This document shows positions 1 through 13,504 of a DNA stretch of 64,000 bases, in pieces; the stretch's first letter is position 1, and each line of letters starts with the position of its first letter. Source of the stretch: Eledone cirrhosa (lineage: Eukaryota). The notes under the pieces are model-generated. The model saw only the letters and a list, made by a program, of their open reading frames with translations, searched no databases and was not told the DNA's origin. The position numbers were made by a program, and so were the translations under genes. The stretch covers positions 18,786,001 to 18,850,000 of the forward strand of contig OZ024742.1 in assembly GCA_964016885.1 (NCBI GenBank), read 5' to 3'.

Positions 1-3000
1 TGCCTCTGTTTCTCCCGTTCACTCCACCTCTCATACACACCAGGTCCAAACACAAAGGAACCAAACTCCCACTGTCACTGCCTCTGTTTCTCCCGTTCAC
101 TCCATCTCTCATATACACCAGGTCCAAACACAAAGGAACCAAACTCCCACTGTCACTGCCTCTGTTTCTCCCGTTCACTCCACCTCTCATACACACCAGG
201 TCCAAACACAAAGGAACCAAACTCCCACTGTCACTGCCTCTGTCTCTCTCACTCTCCCCACCTCTCATACACACCAGGTCCAAACACAAAGGAACCAAAC
301 TCCCACTGTCACTGCCTCTGTTTCTCCCGTTCACTCCACCTCTCATACACACCAGGTCCAAACACAAAGGAACCAAACTCCCACTGTCACTGCCTCTGTT
401 TCTCCCGTTCACTCCACCTCTCATACACACCAGGTCCAAACACAAAGGAACCAAACTCCCACTGTCACTGCCTCTGTCTCTCTCACTCTCCCCACCTCTC
501 ATACACACCAGGTCCAAACACAAAGGAACCAAACTCCCACTGTCACTGCCTCTGTTTCTCCCGTTCACTCCACCTCTCATACACACCAGGTCCAAACACA
601 AAGGAACCAAACTCCCACTGTCACTGCCTCTGTCTCTCTCACTCTCCCCACCTCTCATACACACCAGGTCCAAACACAAAGGAACCAAACTCCCACTGTC
701 ACTGCCTCTGTTTCTCCCGTTCACTCCACCTCTCATACACACCAGGTCCAAACACAAAGGAACCAAACTCCCACTGTCACTGCCTCTGTCTCTCTCACTC
801 TCCCCACCTCTCATACACACCAGGTCCAAACACAAAGGAACCAAACTCCCACTGTCACTGCCTCTGTTTCTCCCGTTCACTCCACCTCTCATACACACCA
901 GGTCCAAACACAAAGGAACCAAACTCCCACTGTCACTGCCTCTGTTTCTCCCGTTCACTCCATCTCTCATATACACCAGGTCCAAACACAAAGGAACCAA
1001 ACTCCCACTGTCACTGCCTCTGTTTCTCCCGTTCACTCCACCTCTCATACACACCAGGTCCAAACACAAAGGAACCAAACTCCCACTGTCACTGCCTCTG
1101 TCTCTCTCACTCTCCCCACCTCTCATACACACCAGGTCCAAACACAAAGGAACCAAACTCCCACTGTCACTGCCTCTGTCTCTCTCACTCTCTCCATCTC
1201 TCATATACACCAGGTCCTAACACAAAGGAACCAAACTCCCACTGTCACTGCCTCTGTTTCTCCCGTTCACTCCACCTCTCATACACACCAGGTCCAAACA
1301 CAAAGGAACCAAACTCCCACTGTCACTGCCTCTGTCTCTCTCACTCTCTCCATCTCTCATATACACCAGGTCCTAACACAAAGGAACCAAACTCCCACTG
1401 TCACTGCCTCTGTTTCTCCCGTTCACTCCACCTCTCATACACACCAGGTCCAAACACAAAGGAACCAAACTCCCACTGTCACTGCCTCTGTCTCTCTCAC
1501 TCTCCCCACCTCTCATACACACCAGGTCCAAACACAAAGGAACCAAACTCCCACTGTCACTGCCTCTGTTTCTCCCGTTCACTCCACCTCTCATACACAC
1601 CAGGTCCAAACACAAAGGAACCAAACTCCCACTGTCACTGCCTCTGTCTCTCTCACTCTCCCCACCTCTCATACACACCAGGTCCAAACACAAAGGAACC
1701 AAACTCCCACTGTCACTGCCTCTGTTTCTCCCGTTCACTCCACCTCTCATACACACCAGGTCCAAACACAAAGGAACCAAACTCCCACTGTCACTGCCTC
1801 TGTCTCTCTCACTCTCCCCACCTCTCATACACACCAGGTCCAAACACAAAGGAACCAAACTCCCACTGTCACTGCCTCTGTTTCTCCCGTTCACTCCACC
1901 TCTCATACACACCAGGTCCAAACACAAAGGAACCAAACTCCCACTGTCACTGCCTCTGTTTCTCTCACTCTCCCCACCTCTCATATACACCAGGTCCAAA
2001 CACAAAGGAACCAAACTCCCACTGTCACTGCCTCTGTCTCTCTCACTCTCCCCACCTCTCATACACACCAGGTCCAAACACAAAGGAACCAAACTCCCAC
2101 TGTCACTGCCTCTGTTTCTCCCGTTCACTCCACCTCTCATACACACCAGGTCCAAACACAAAGGAACCAAACTCCCACTGTCACTGCCTCTGTTTCTCTC
2201 ACTCTCCCCACCTCTCATACACACCAGGTCCAAACACAAAGGAACCAAACTCCCACTGTCACTGCCTCTGTCTCTCTCACTCTCCCCACCTCTCATATAC
2301 ACCAGGTCCAAACACAAAGGAACCAAACTCCCACTGTCACTGCCTCCGTCTCTCTCACTCTCCCCACCTCTCATACACACCAGGTCCAAACACAAAGGAA
2401 CCAAACTCCCACTGTCACTGCCTCTGTCTCTCTCACTCTCCCCACCTCTCATACACACCAGGTCCAAACACAAAGGAACCAAACTCCCACTGTCACTGCC
2501 TCTGTCTCTCTCACTCTCTCCATCTCTCATATACACCAGGTCCTAACACAAAGGAACCAAACTCCCACTGTCACTGCCTCTGTCTCTCTCACTCTCTCCA
2601 TCTCTCATATACACCAGGTCCTAACACAAAGGAACCAAACTCCCACTGTCACTGCCTCTGTCTCTCTCACTCTCTCCGTCTCTCATATACACCAGGTCCT
2701 AACACAAAGGAACCAAACTCCCACTGTCACTGCCTCTGTCTCTCTCACTCTCTCCATCTCTCATACACACCAGGTCCAAACACAAAGGAACCAAACTCCC
2801 ACTGTCACTGCCTCTGTCTCTCTCACTCTCTCCATCTCTCATACACACCAGGTCCAAACACAAAGGAACCAAACTCCCACTGTCACTGCCTCTGTCTCTC
2901 TCACTCTCTCCGTCTCTCATATACACCAGGTCCTAACACAAAGGAACCAAACTCCCACTGTCACTGCCTCTGTCTCTCTCACTCTCTCCATCTCTCATAC

Positions 3001-5213
3001 ACACCAGGTCCAAACACAAAGGAACCAAACTCCCACTGTCACTGCCTCTGTCTCTCTCACTCTCTCCATCTCTCATATACACCAGGTCCTAACACAAAGG
3101 AACCAAACTCCCACTGTCACTGCCTCTGTCTCTCTCACTCTCTCCATCTCTCATATACACCAGGTCCTAACACAAAGGAACCAAACTCCCACTGTCACTG
3201 CCTCTGTCTCTCTCACTCTCTCCGTCTCTCATATACACCAGGTCCTAACACAAAGGAACCAAACTCCCACTGTCACTGCCTCTGTCTCTCTCACTCTCTC
3301 CATCTCTCATACACACCAGGTCCAAACACAAAGGAACCAAACTCCCACTGTCACTGCCTCTGTCTCTCTCACTCTCTCCATCTCTCATACACACCAGGTC
3401 CAAACACAAAGGAACCAAACTCCCACTGTCACTGCCTCTGTCTCTCTCACTCTCTCCGTCTCTCATATACACCAGGTCCTAACACAAAGGAACCAAACTC
3501 CCACTGTCACTGCCTCTGTCTCTCTCACTCTCCCCATCTCTCATATACACCAGGTCCAAACACAAAGGAACCAAACTCCCACTGTCACTGCATCTGTCTC
3601 TCTCACTCTCCCCATCTCTCATATACACCAGGTCCTAACACAAAGGAACCACACTCCCACTGTCACTGCCCCCGTCTCTCTCACTCTCCCCACCTCTCAT
3701 ATACACCAGGTCCAAACACAAAGGAACCAAACTCCCACTGTCACTGCCTCTGTCTCTCTCACTCTCCCCATCTCTCATATACACCAGGTCCAAACACAAA
3801 GGAACCAAACTCCCACTGTCACTGCCTCTGTCTCTCTCACTCTCCCCATCTCTCATATACACCAGGTCCTAACACAAAGGAACCAAACTCCCACTGTCAC
3901 TGCCTCTGTCTCTCTCACTCTCCCCATCTCTCATATACACCAGGTCCAAACACAAAGGAACCAAACTCCCACTGTCACTGCCTCCGTCTCTCTCACTCTC
4001 CCCGCCTCTCATATACACCAGGTCCAAACACAAAGGAACCAAACTCCCACTGTCACTGCCTCTGTCTCTCTCACTCTCTCCATCTCTCATATACACCAGG
4101 TCCAAACACAAAGGAACCAAACTCCCACTGTCACTGCCTCTGTCTCTCTCACTCTCCCCATCTCTCATATACACCAGGTCCGAACACAAAGGAACCAAAC
4201 TCCCACTGTCACTGCCCCTGTCTCTCTCTCCCCATCTCTCATATACACCAGGTCCGAACATAAAGGAACCAAACTCCCACTGTCACTGCCTCTGTCTCTC
4301 TCACTCTCCCCACCTCTCATATACACCAGGTCCAAACATAAAGGAACCAAACTCCCACTGTCACTGCCTCTGTCTCTCTCACTCTCCCCACCTCTCATAT
4401 ACACCAGATCCAAACATAAAGGAACCAAACTCCCACTGTCACTGCCTCTGTCTCTCTCATTCTCCCCATCTCTCATATACACCAGGTCCAAACATAAAGG
4501 AACCAAACTCCCACTGTCACTGCCTCCGTCTCTCTCCCCACCTCTCATATACACCAGGTCCAAACACAAAGGAACCAAACTCCCACTGTCACTGCCTCTG
4601 TCTTTCTCACTCTCCCCATCTCTCATATACACCAGGTCCGAACACAAAGGAACCAAACTCCCACTGTCACTGCCCCTGTCTCTCTCTCCCCATCTCTCAT
4701 ATACACCAGGTCCGAACATAAAGGAACCAAACTCCCACTGTCACTGCCTCTGTCTCTCTCACTCTCCCCACCTCTCATATACACCAGGTCCAAACATAAA
4801 GGAACCAAACTCCCACTGTCACTGCCTCCGTCTCTCTCACTCTCCCCACCTCTCATATACACCAGATCCAAACATAAAGGAACCAAACTCCCACTGTCAC
4901 TGCCTCTGTCTCTCTCATTCTCCCCATCTCTCATATACACCAGGTCCAAACATAAAGGAACCAAACTCCCACTGTCACTACCTCCGTCTCTCTCCCCACC
5001 TCTCATATACACCAGGTCCAAACACAAAGGAACCAAACTCCCACTGTCACTGCCTCTGTCTCTCTCACTCTCCCAATCTCTGATACCCACCAGGTCCAAA
5101 CACAAAGGAACCAAACTCCCACTGTCACTGCCTCTATCTCTCTCACTCTCCCCACCTCTCATATACACCAGGTCAGAACATAAAGGAACCAAACTCCCAC
5201 TGTCACTGCCTCC
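1..5213. repeat. 78-bp tandem minisatellite (about 67 units, continues beyond window start)
   Basis: Unit CACAAAGGAACCAAACTCCCACTGTCACTGCCTCTGTCTCTCTCACTCTCCCCACCTCTCATACACACCAGGTCCAAA repeated head to tail. Variant units include TTTCTCCCGTTCACTC and a few units shortened by 4-6 bp near 4200-5000. Confidence 0.97.
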
Positions 5214-5542
5214 ATCACTCCCTCTCTTAGCTATTCTGATGGGAGGTTACGTAAGTGACAATGTTTAAGATATGCCGATAGATAGACCGAGTGGACAGAA
5301 GGTGCTGCTTAGTCATATCGCTATTCAGTACTATCTGAGCAGAGTTGGTTACCCTCAAGTGTGAGTCTCATGAGGTCGAATGGCTGTTCCAGCGCGTCCC
5401 CCTCACCATCCTCCAGGATGACCCTTAAGTTTCATTTATGGTGTTTACATGGGGATTAAATTTACTGAAGCACTATATATTGTAAAACAAATGGAAAATA
5501 TATGTAGTTATTGTATAAACATACATTAGATACATGCCGATT

Positions 5543-5800
5543 GGAGGTGTGTGGCCTAGTGGTAAAGGTGTGTGGCCTAGTGGCCTAGTGGTAAGGGTGT
5601 TGGAGTTACTATCATAATGATGTGGGTTCAATTCCTCAGCTGTGTTGTGTGTTGCGTGCTTGAGCATAAACCTTCATTTCACGTTGCTCCAGTACATTCA
5701 GCTGAAAATGAGTATCAGCAACAGATGTGGGCGTCCTTCCCAGGTACTCTGAGTAGCTTCACGCTACGAAACCGGGATAAACACCGGCCTGACAGACATT
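5543..5800 (+). mobile_element. tRNA-derived SINE (family B) with locally duplicated A-box
   Basis: GTGTGGCCTAGTGG A-box (repeated), B-box GGTTCAATTCC, then GTGCTTGAGCATAAAC-type body similar to 23525-23815. Confidence 0.75.
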
Positions 5801-7532
5801 AGAATTAGAGACTATTGTATGTTGCCTATTATAGTATTATCTCAGTGATTGTATGGTTATTTCTACCATCAATGATATATAATGTAGGTAGTTATTATTG
5901 TTTAGGGAAGTACTGTATGGGACTGTTGTTGAAATTCATTTTACAACCGTGCATAATGGAAATCGTTCGTCGCCCAATGCCCTATATTGTGCAAAAAGAA
6001 CTAAAAAATAATTAAAACTTAGAATTTGATTTTAGCCTCATTGAACATCTATAGATTTTGTTACAATTTGACTCCGTGGATTCCAGATGCAGTTAAGATC
6101 AATATTCTACACTAGATTTTACAAACGGCATCTTCCACATATGGAATTTCTAAAGTAATTTCAAGCTAATCAAAAATTGAAGAACAAACTGAAAATATGT
6201 TAGATTGAACAGTCTGGATAGCAATGCCTCCATCATAAATTAATATAAAATGTTTCTGAATAACATCACTTTGACTGAAGTTATATAAACATTTACCCGT
6301 TAACATGGCAAATAAAAAATGAGGAAGGAAATTGCTAAAGTAATTGTTTAAATTTGATACTTTAATGCAGCTGAAAATAAATAAAGGAGAGTCCAAAATA
6401 TTGAGTTAAGCGTGTGTAACCATGTTTATGTTTGTAAGGGAGAGAAAGATAGAAATAAAGAGAGAGGATGTGTGTGTGTCTGCATGTGTGTGTGCGCGTG
6501 TGTGTGTGTATGTGTGTGTGTGTCTGCATGTGTGTGTGTGTGTGTATGCGTGTGTATTTATTAAGGTGAAAATGATTATGTCAATATTTCCATGTCATCG
6601 ATGTAAAATTTAAAATAGTTACAACTGAAGAAGTCAAATCTTGATGTCGTTCTCGCTTAAATATTTGATGTTAGCATTTGACAACCTGAGAGCTGAAACA
6701 TGAGATGTTAAGCTGAAAGCTAAATTGTAACTCTAAAATTCTATGGTAATTTGTGATTAAATGATTAACATGGTGCATTATTGTTTGAGTTTAATCTTTC
6801 CAAGAAATATCCAGAGACTGGATTCTATTTCCAAATTAATTTAGTGAAAATAACTTAACGTTTTAGTGTCATGTACCGATTTCTGGACAGACTCTTAGTT
6901 ATACTGAAATAATTTTCTGTGGTTTTACTAGCTGTTGTGTTCATAATTGTATTCAGAATATTTTATTACAACAATCTTACCATAATATTGCTATATGTAT
7001 GATATCTATTTTTTGAATAGTTTTTTTTTTTATAGAAAGAGAAAAAATATGTTGTAAGGGTTATACATTTCGGAAAAATAAAATTAGTAAAAATGATAAA
7101 AGTATTGTTGTAATGCAAGATTTACCTGCTATGTAATATGGCTCGACCCTTGTTCTATTGAACAGGGCTAGGAGTTCGTGTAAGTGGTTTGCAGTTGAAT
7201 AAAGCTTCTAGAAATAAAGTACGTCCTACAATTACGGTAGTTCTTTGATGAATTCTTTGTTGTCAGAATCGACAGTTCAAAGAAGGACTTGAACAAATAT
7301 CATATATATATGAGAGAGTGAGAGAGACAGAGAGGGGAGAGAGAGAGAGAGAGAGAGACAGAGAGAGACAGAGAGGAGAGAGAGAGGAGAGAGGAGAGAG
7401 GTGGTAAACCACTTCGATTACGAATGACCACGGGTTTTGCAACTAGAAACTTCTCCCCTGAGCCACAGTCTCCCTTCTCCATGCCAGCGATGTTGTCCAA
7501 GGGAAAGGCAATAGCTGAGATACACATTGGCA

Positions 7533-7587
<55 letters not shown>

Positions 7588-7590
<3 letters not shown>

Positions 7591-7652
7591 TATGAGTTCG
7601 GATCTAGCTGTCGAAAGGGCCGGAGCTCAGCCGGCGGCGTCCTGACTCTTTT

Positions 7653-7657
<5 letters not shown>
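7588..7657. repeat. Short GC-rich insert between (TA)n tracts, inverted homolog of 9712-9760
   Basis: Reverse complement CGGCTGAGCTCCGGCCCTTTCGACAGCTAGAT matches CGGCAGAGCTCAAGCCGTTTCGACGGCTATAT at about 9722-9753. Confidence 0.55.
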
Positions 7658-7704
<47 letters not shown>

Positions 7705-7772
7705 TTTTATTAATAAAATGAATATTTTAACTCTACTTCGGTATAGAGTACTCTTTTCTCACAACCTTCAAC

Positions 7773-7814
<42 letters not shown>

Positions 7815-7924
7815 GTAATAATAATAAATTTGAAGACTAAAATCCAAAGAGGGCTCGATAAGGATAAATATATATCAATTATATAAGAACCGTAGAGCAA
7901 ATATTTATTAAAATAACAGATTAA

Positions 7925-7975
7925 AGTTTAAGCAAAGAATCGCTGCTTTCACCCTTAACGGGATCTTCTGAAACT
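7925..7975 (-). ncRNA. Degenerate type I hammerhead ribozyme in Penelope pLTR
   Basis: Minus strand AGTTT-CAGAAGA(core U to A)-TCCC gttaa GGGT-GAAAGCA..TGCTT-AAACT. All three stems pair. Confidence 0.6.
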
Positions 7976-8065
7976 AACAAAGTCAATCTGTGAATGCAGA
8001 AGTGAATATTTCAAAAAACGTTGCAACCGGGGGAAGACAGGAAGACGATACTTTGGTTCGTGGAA

Positions 8066-8325
8066 ACGTTCTCTGGCAAAGAACGGGAAAAAACGAATAT
8101 AATACGTCATTAATAGGAGTGGTGAAACACAATTACACGCAAAGACAAAACCACGTTTATGGTATAAAAGAAGTCGTAGACTAATATTCTATTAGGTGGT
8201 TCATAGAGACGTTCTCTGGCAATGAACGGAAAAAACGAAGATAATACGTCATATGTGGAGCGGGAAGAACAATAGCACGCAAAGACAAAACCACGTAAAT
8301 GGTATAACTGAAGTTGTAGACTAAA
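8066..8325. repeat. About 143-bp direct duplication inside Penelope 3' UTR
   Basis: ACGTTCTCTGGCAA..ATAATACGTCAT..CACGCAAAGACAAAACCACGT..GGTATAA..GTAGACTAA occurs twice. Confidence 0.75.
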
Positions 8326-9017
8326 ATTCAAACTAGGAAACCGAATGATTCTCGGCTTCAGAGTTAAGAATAAAGTAAATAAAATACAGAGGTAATCGAA
8401 ATTAAATAAATACATACACGCATCCATATACGTACATACACAAGCATACGCGAAAACACTCACCATAGGTATACAAATACACGCACGTACACTGAAAAAA
8501 AAACAAAATAAAATCCGCACGCACATACAGAACCCACGCAACGCCTGTACCCGCACGCATACGAATGTATACACCAAATACACATACAAATATATATTAA
8601 AAAAATATATATATATATGTGTGTGTGCGTGTATACATATAATTAAATAAACGTATTTAGATAAATAAATACGTATATAACAAGCGCACACACATACCTA
8701 CATGTAAATACACATATGTTCGGAGACGTACGTCAACCAAAACACGAAGTACACATATACACACACCCTACATACGTACAAACCCGCATACTCACACAGA
8801 CGCAAAACTCACGTATACACATAACCAAAAGCATATGTACCAGAATATATAATATATACGCCATAACATATAAATCAAATATACGTACAAGGGAGTATAC
8901 GTACCTTCACAAAACATACAAGTAATATATACTTACCTATACAAATAAGTAATGGTATAAACATAACATATACTTAGCTACCACATGAAGACGTAAACTA
9001 TCCGCGTATAGATCGTA

Positions 9018-9565
9018 CTATCCGTTAGGGTATAATGTGGGGCTGTAATACAGGAAAGTTTTGTGAAATTTATGTTTACAAGCCGAAATTGCCTCAGATC
9101 TTTTGTTTATTATGTGGTCATTGGCGTAGAGTATTTCCAGGGCTTCAGCGGCGCAAAGATCGCATGGTCTTTTATTTCCGTTATACGATCTAGCTTTAGA
9201 TAGGATCTCCCAGTGTAACCTATATTGGGTGTGGTTGTCTTTTAGACTTCAGATATAAGCTGAAAGTGACGTCATATTCCTTCTTAAAGGGTAACGAAAA
9301 GAATGGGTATGCATGTAAAGACGCTGCTTGAATCTATTGGCAGTTAACCCTATGTAGGCCCTACGGTACGTGGGTGTTTCAACCTTACATTTGTAGACAA
9401 TGTTACTAGAGAGGCATTTCCCGGATAGGGAGCAGTCAACCCGATTCTTACAATTACAGTTAGTACTAACTACAGGGTTGCACGTGTTCCTACGGCTAGG
9501 TAGTTTAGCTAAATTTGAAGCTGTGATGTTATGTGCAAGGCTAGGAGTCCTAGAGTATGGTGAAA
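9018..9565 (-). pseudogene. Penelope-type GIY-YIG endonuclease (C-terminal), interrupted by TGA
   Basis: CNCKNRVDCSLSGKC..IVYKCKV..YIGLTANRFKQRLYMH..LSAYI*SLK..WEIL..CDLCAAE..INKRSE..CKH, read through the stop at 9249-9251 to TAG at 9018. Confidence 0.85.
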
Positions 9566-9607
9566 GCAGCAATTATTTGCTTAAACTTTAATCTGTTATT
9601 TTAATAA

Positions 9608-9704
<97 letters not shown>

Positions 9705-9838
9705 AACATGTTCAAACCTGACGGCAGAGCTCAAGCCGTTTCGACGGCTATATGTTTCAACAGTTAAGATATAATGAGTAGCCTTCTGTGTTGCCCAGAG
9801 AATATATATGAAGCTAGAGTTCATCTTCTTATATATTT

Positions 9839-10805
9839 TACTAGCAGTGGTACCCGGCGTTGCTCGGGATAAGGTATTTTGGAACGCGGGCCGCCAACAG
9901 ACCTAATCGTGGAAAAACTGCATGCGTGGACAATATGTAAAGAAAATAAACCGAATACTCTGATGGCTGGATAATCTTTAAGATTTTCCTCGATGAAGGA
10001 GGAAAAAATGCAGGTTTTCACCTAATGGGATCAAGAAAATGAATTTTTTTTATGTGCACAATATGCCTTGAAATTTCGGGAAAATCGGCTAGACGTAACG
10101 CCTCCAAAAAGCCCTAAAAAGCTGAAAAAATGAAGTTTTTCACCTGATGCGGGCCCTAGGCCATAAAAAAGTTGGATTTTCTTTGCTCACGGTATGAAGA
10201 AGAGGCTGACTAATACATAGTTACAATTTCAAGGAAATCAATCATAACGCCTCAAAAACCCCTAAAAACCTGAAAAAACCCACAGTTTTTCAACTAATGC
10301 GGGCCCTAGGGATAAAAAAAAGTTGATGTTTTTTATGTTCATAACACTCCCTCAAACATAAGTAATACAGATGTAAAGTTTGAAAACAGTCGGTTGGGTA
10401 CTTCTCGAGTTTTATGGATTAAAACTCACAGACACACACACAGACATCCTCAGGGAAGTGACGTAATGCAGACAGTCAGACATACAGACATATATTATAA
10501 GGGCGCGATGTTATATGTATGTATCTATCTAAAAAGAGAAGGACTAAGAATTATAGAGAGATCGCTAAATCGCCCAACGCGGTCCTTAGAGCATTGACAA
10601 TTTGAAATTGTTTTTTCTCAGAACACTCCCTTTTTTGCTCAGAACACTCCTTTACATCTGAAAGTTTGAAAACAGTCGGTTGGGTGGTTCTCGAGTTTTA
10701 GGGATTCAAACTCACACACACACAGACAGACATCCTCAGTTATATATATATATAGACTAGCAGAATACTACCCGGTGGGCGGTTTTCTGCTAGCAAATCT
10801 AGTGT
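9839..10805 (+). mobile_element. Non-autonomous Helitron/Helentron-like (DINE/HINE-like) element
   Basis: Starts TACTAGC..CCCGGCGTTGCTCGGGA. Internal duplications (GCGGGCCCTAGG; AAAGTTTGAAAACAGTCGGTTGGGT twice). Ends with (CAGA)n then TTATATATATAGA. Confidence 0.55.
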
Positions 10806-11284
10806 ATATACTGATATTGTTGAGATTTGGATGAGAAATGTTTTCGGCACCACATGTTCACCGTCTCTCGGTGTGTCTTTTATGCATGTATAAATATATA
10901 TGTTATCTATACGGTGAAATCTTTGAAATAAATATATGTTAAAACGAAAAAGGAGAAAAAGAGATTAGTGACGGAAATATAAACGTTATGATACATAAAC
11001 GTTATGATCTAATGATGGAAATATATCTTCAAATGGTCCTTGGCATGGTGTCAAGTCAGAACCGCCTCGAACTGGTTACTTCTGGGTTGTGCAAGGTGTC
11101 TCTATAGCAACCAGCGATTCCCTCGGCCTCGGTGACCAAAGTCAGTGGAGAAGGGAAGGTAATGTTTCTATAGCGACAGTGTTTCTCTTGGTAGTACCAA
11201 AGTGGAGAAAGGAAGGGGAAGGTAATATTTCTGTAGCACCTACATTTGAGTTTTAGGGAAGGACAGACAGACAGACAGACAGAC

Positions 11285-11305
11285 AAACAGAGAAATGCCC
11301 ATATA

Positions 11306-11374
<69 letters not shown>

Positions 11375-11402
11375 TACACACACAGAAATGTATATATATT
11401 TC

Positions 11403-11439
<37 letters not shown>

Positions 11440-11590
11440 CACACACAGAAATGTATATATATTTCTGTGTGTATATATATATATTTCTGTGTGTGTATAT
11501 ATATATATATATTACACACACAGAAATGTATATATATTTCTGTGTGTATATATATATATATTACACACACAGAAATGTATATATATTTCT
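11285..11590. repeat. Variable 45-70 bp tandem repeat CACAGAAATGTATATATATTTCTGTGTG(TA)n; second array at 12143-12497
   Basis: Palindromic core CAGAAAT..ATTTCTG repeated, associated with (GACA)n Helentron-like ends. Confidence 0.8.
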
Positions 11591-11711
11591 TAGAACAAAA
11601 TTATTATTAATGTTTTGCTGTTCATAACAATTGGAATTGAAAAATTACTTTTGAAATTATTAGTTATTTAACTAATGCTTAGATATGTAAAAATAAAGCA
11701 ATGTTTCTAAT

Positions 11712-11902
11712 AATTGTTTCTACTTTTGGCACAAGGCCAGCAATTACACAGTACATTACTGGTACTTTATTTTATCGAATCCGTGAGGATGAAAGGCAAA
11801 GTTAACCTCGGCGGTATTTGAACTCAGACCGTAAAGGGACGTAACTCCATGCTATGAAGCATGGTGTCCGACTATCTACAGATTCTGCCAAGCCACCGCC
11901 CT
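11712..11902 (-). mobile_element. tRNA-derived SINE (family A, Meta/MESC-like core)
   Basis: Reverse complement of the consensus seen at 46982-47170. Confidence 0.9.
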
Positions 11903-12207
11903 AATGTCTGTACGTAATGAGGGAGTGAGAGGGGAGAGAAAGAAAGGCAGAGGTGAAGTGACGAAGTGACTCTCTCCTCCTCCTCCTCCTCCTCCTCCTC
12001 CATCTCCCCATTCGTCACAGCGGCAGAGGGGAGGAATGTTAGTGTGTTACAAAGAGAAAGAGTGAGAGAAACAGACAGACTAAAAGAGAGGGATAGCTGG
12101 AGAGAGAGAGAGATAGCAACAGATACAGTACAGTAACTAAGGCATGTATATATATTTCTGTGTGTATATATATACATATTACACACATAGAAATGTATAT
12201 ATATTTC

Positions 12208-12242
<35 letters not shown>

Positions 12243-12327
12243 TACACACACAGAAATGTATATATATTTCTGTGTGTGTATATATATATATATATATATT
12301 ACATACACAGAAATGTATATATATTTC

Positions 12328-12358
<31 letters not shown>

Positions 12359-13028
12359 TACACACACAGAAATGTATATATATTTCTGTGTGTATATATA
12401 TATATATATTACACACACAGAAATGTATATATATTTCTATGTGTGTAATATATATATATATATTACACACACACAGAAATGTATATATGTTTCTGTAGCA
12501 CTCTTCAATTCCCCCTCTCTCCCTCCCGCTATCCCCCTCTTGTAGTCTCTCTCTCTACGCGTGCGCAAAAAACATTCGCACGCGCGCACGTGTTTCCACT
12601 GTCGGACAGACAGACAGAGAAATTGCTGGTTATATATTATAAGGAGATGTACTTTATAATATCCGTGTTTTAAACATTTTAAACAAAATGATGTTTCATA
12701 ATTTGATTCGATTAAACTGTTGAATACTCAGCAATAATATAATATTTAATAATTAACTAATCTCTCTGAACATGGTATATTAATCTTTACACATTCAATG
12801 AATTTACAAATCGATTTTAAAGGACGTAATGATAACGTGCAGCATCTTTATAGGTGGCAATCGTCGTGGTAATGATGTGGTCGTAGTGGTAATTGAAATA
12901 GGTTTGCGTGGAAAATATTAAATATTTAAATATAGACACGGCACTGCTTCACGGCGCATAATGAAAAATCGTGAGCCGCCGTGACGTTTAGACTGACACC
13001 CCCGTATATCCCCCATATATATATATAT

Positions 13029-13135
13029 AGTAATAATAATAAATTTGAAGACTAAAATCCAAAGAGGGCTCGATAAGGATAAATATATATCAAATATATA
13101 AGAACCGTAGAGCAAATATTTATTAAAATAACAGA

Positions 13136-13139
<4 letters not shown>
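13029..13139 (-). mobile_element. Penelope pLTR 3'-terminal fragment in (TA)n
   Basis: Near-identical to 7815-7923. Confidence 0.85.
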
Positions 13140-13212
<73 letters not shown>

Positions 13213-13504
13213 CAAATTAAAATATATGTGTATATATATAGAGAGAGAAAGAGCCATATATCATTTGAAAAACACAAAGTATTTTGTACATATAATATTT
13301 ATGAAAACATACGTACTTCGAAATGGAAAATATATACATTCACTGTATTATATGAAATACATGGCAAACTAGCGAGATACCTCCTCAGGTACTCTGGGTT
13401 TCCTGAAGCAAGTTGTTGATATTACATCAGCCTCTATGATTACATATTGAGGGCTCTTTCTTTAGTACTTAGAACCACACATTAAAGTAATATATATATA
13501 TATA

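Larger units (their letters stand above)
7815..9608 (-). mobile_element. 5'-truncated Penelope-like retroelement with inverted pseudo-LTR piece
   Basis: GIY-YIG remnant followed by a long 3' UTR. 9568-9608 is an inverted copy of about 7903-7953. Both ends lie in (TA)n. The terminal 110 bp recurs at 13029-13139. Confidence 0.85.

Noticed and set aside
1373-5192. Repetitive ORFs (26-aa repeat) as a protein-coding gene
   Set aside because: By-product of the 78-bp unit. Stops and frameshifts are scattered among units and there is no unique flanking coding sequence.
6166-6396. Possible host exon after TTTATTTTCAG (also similar candidates at 19502-19711, 27768-27843, 43802-44050)
   Set aside because: No recognisable protein similarity and no consistent exon chain. 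Cannot be supported without RNA data.
9249-9251. Selenocysteine TGA in the Penelope endonuclease (as reported for some Naiad elements)
   Set aside because: The TGA falls at a position that is normally Trp (LS.YIW.LK), so TGG>TGA decay is simpler. No SECIS was identified.
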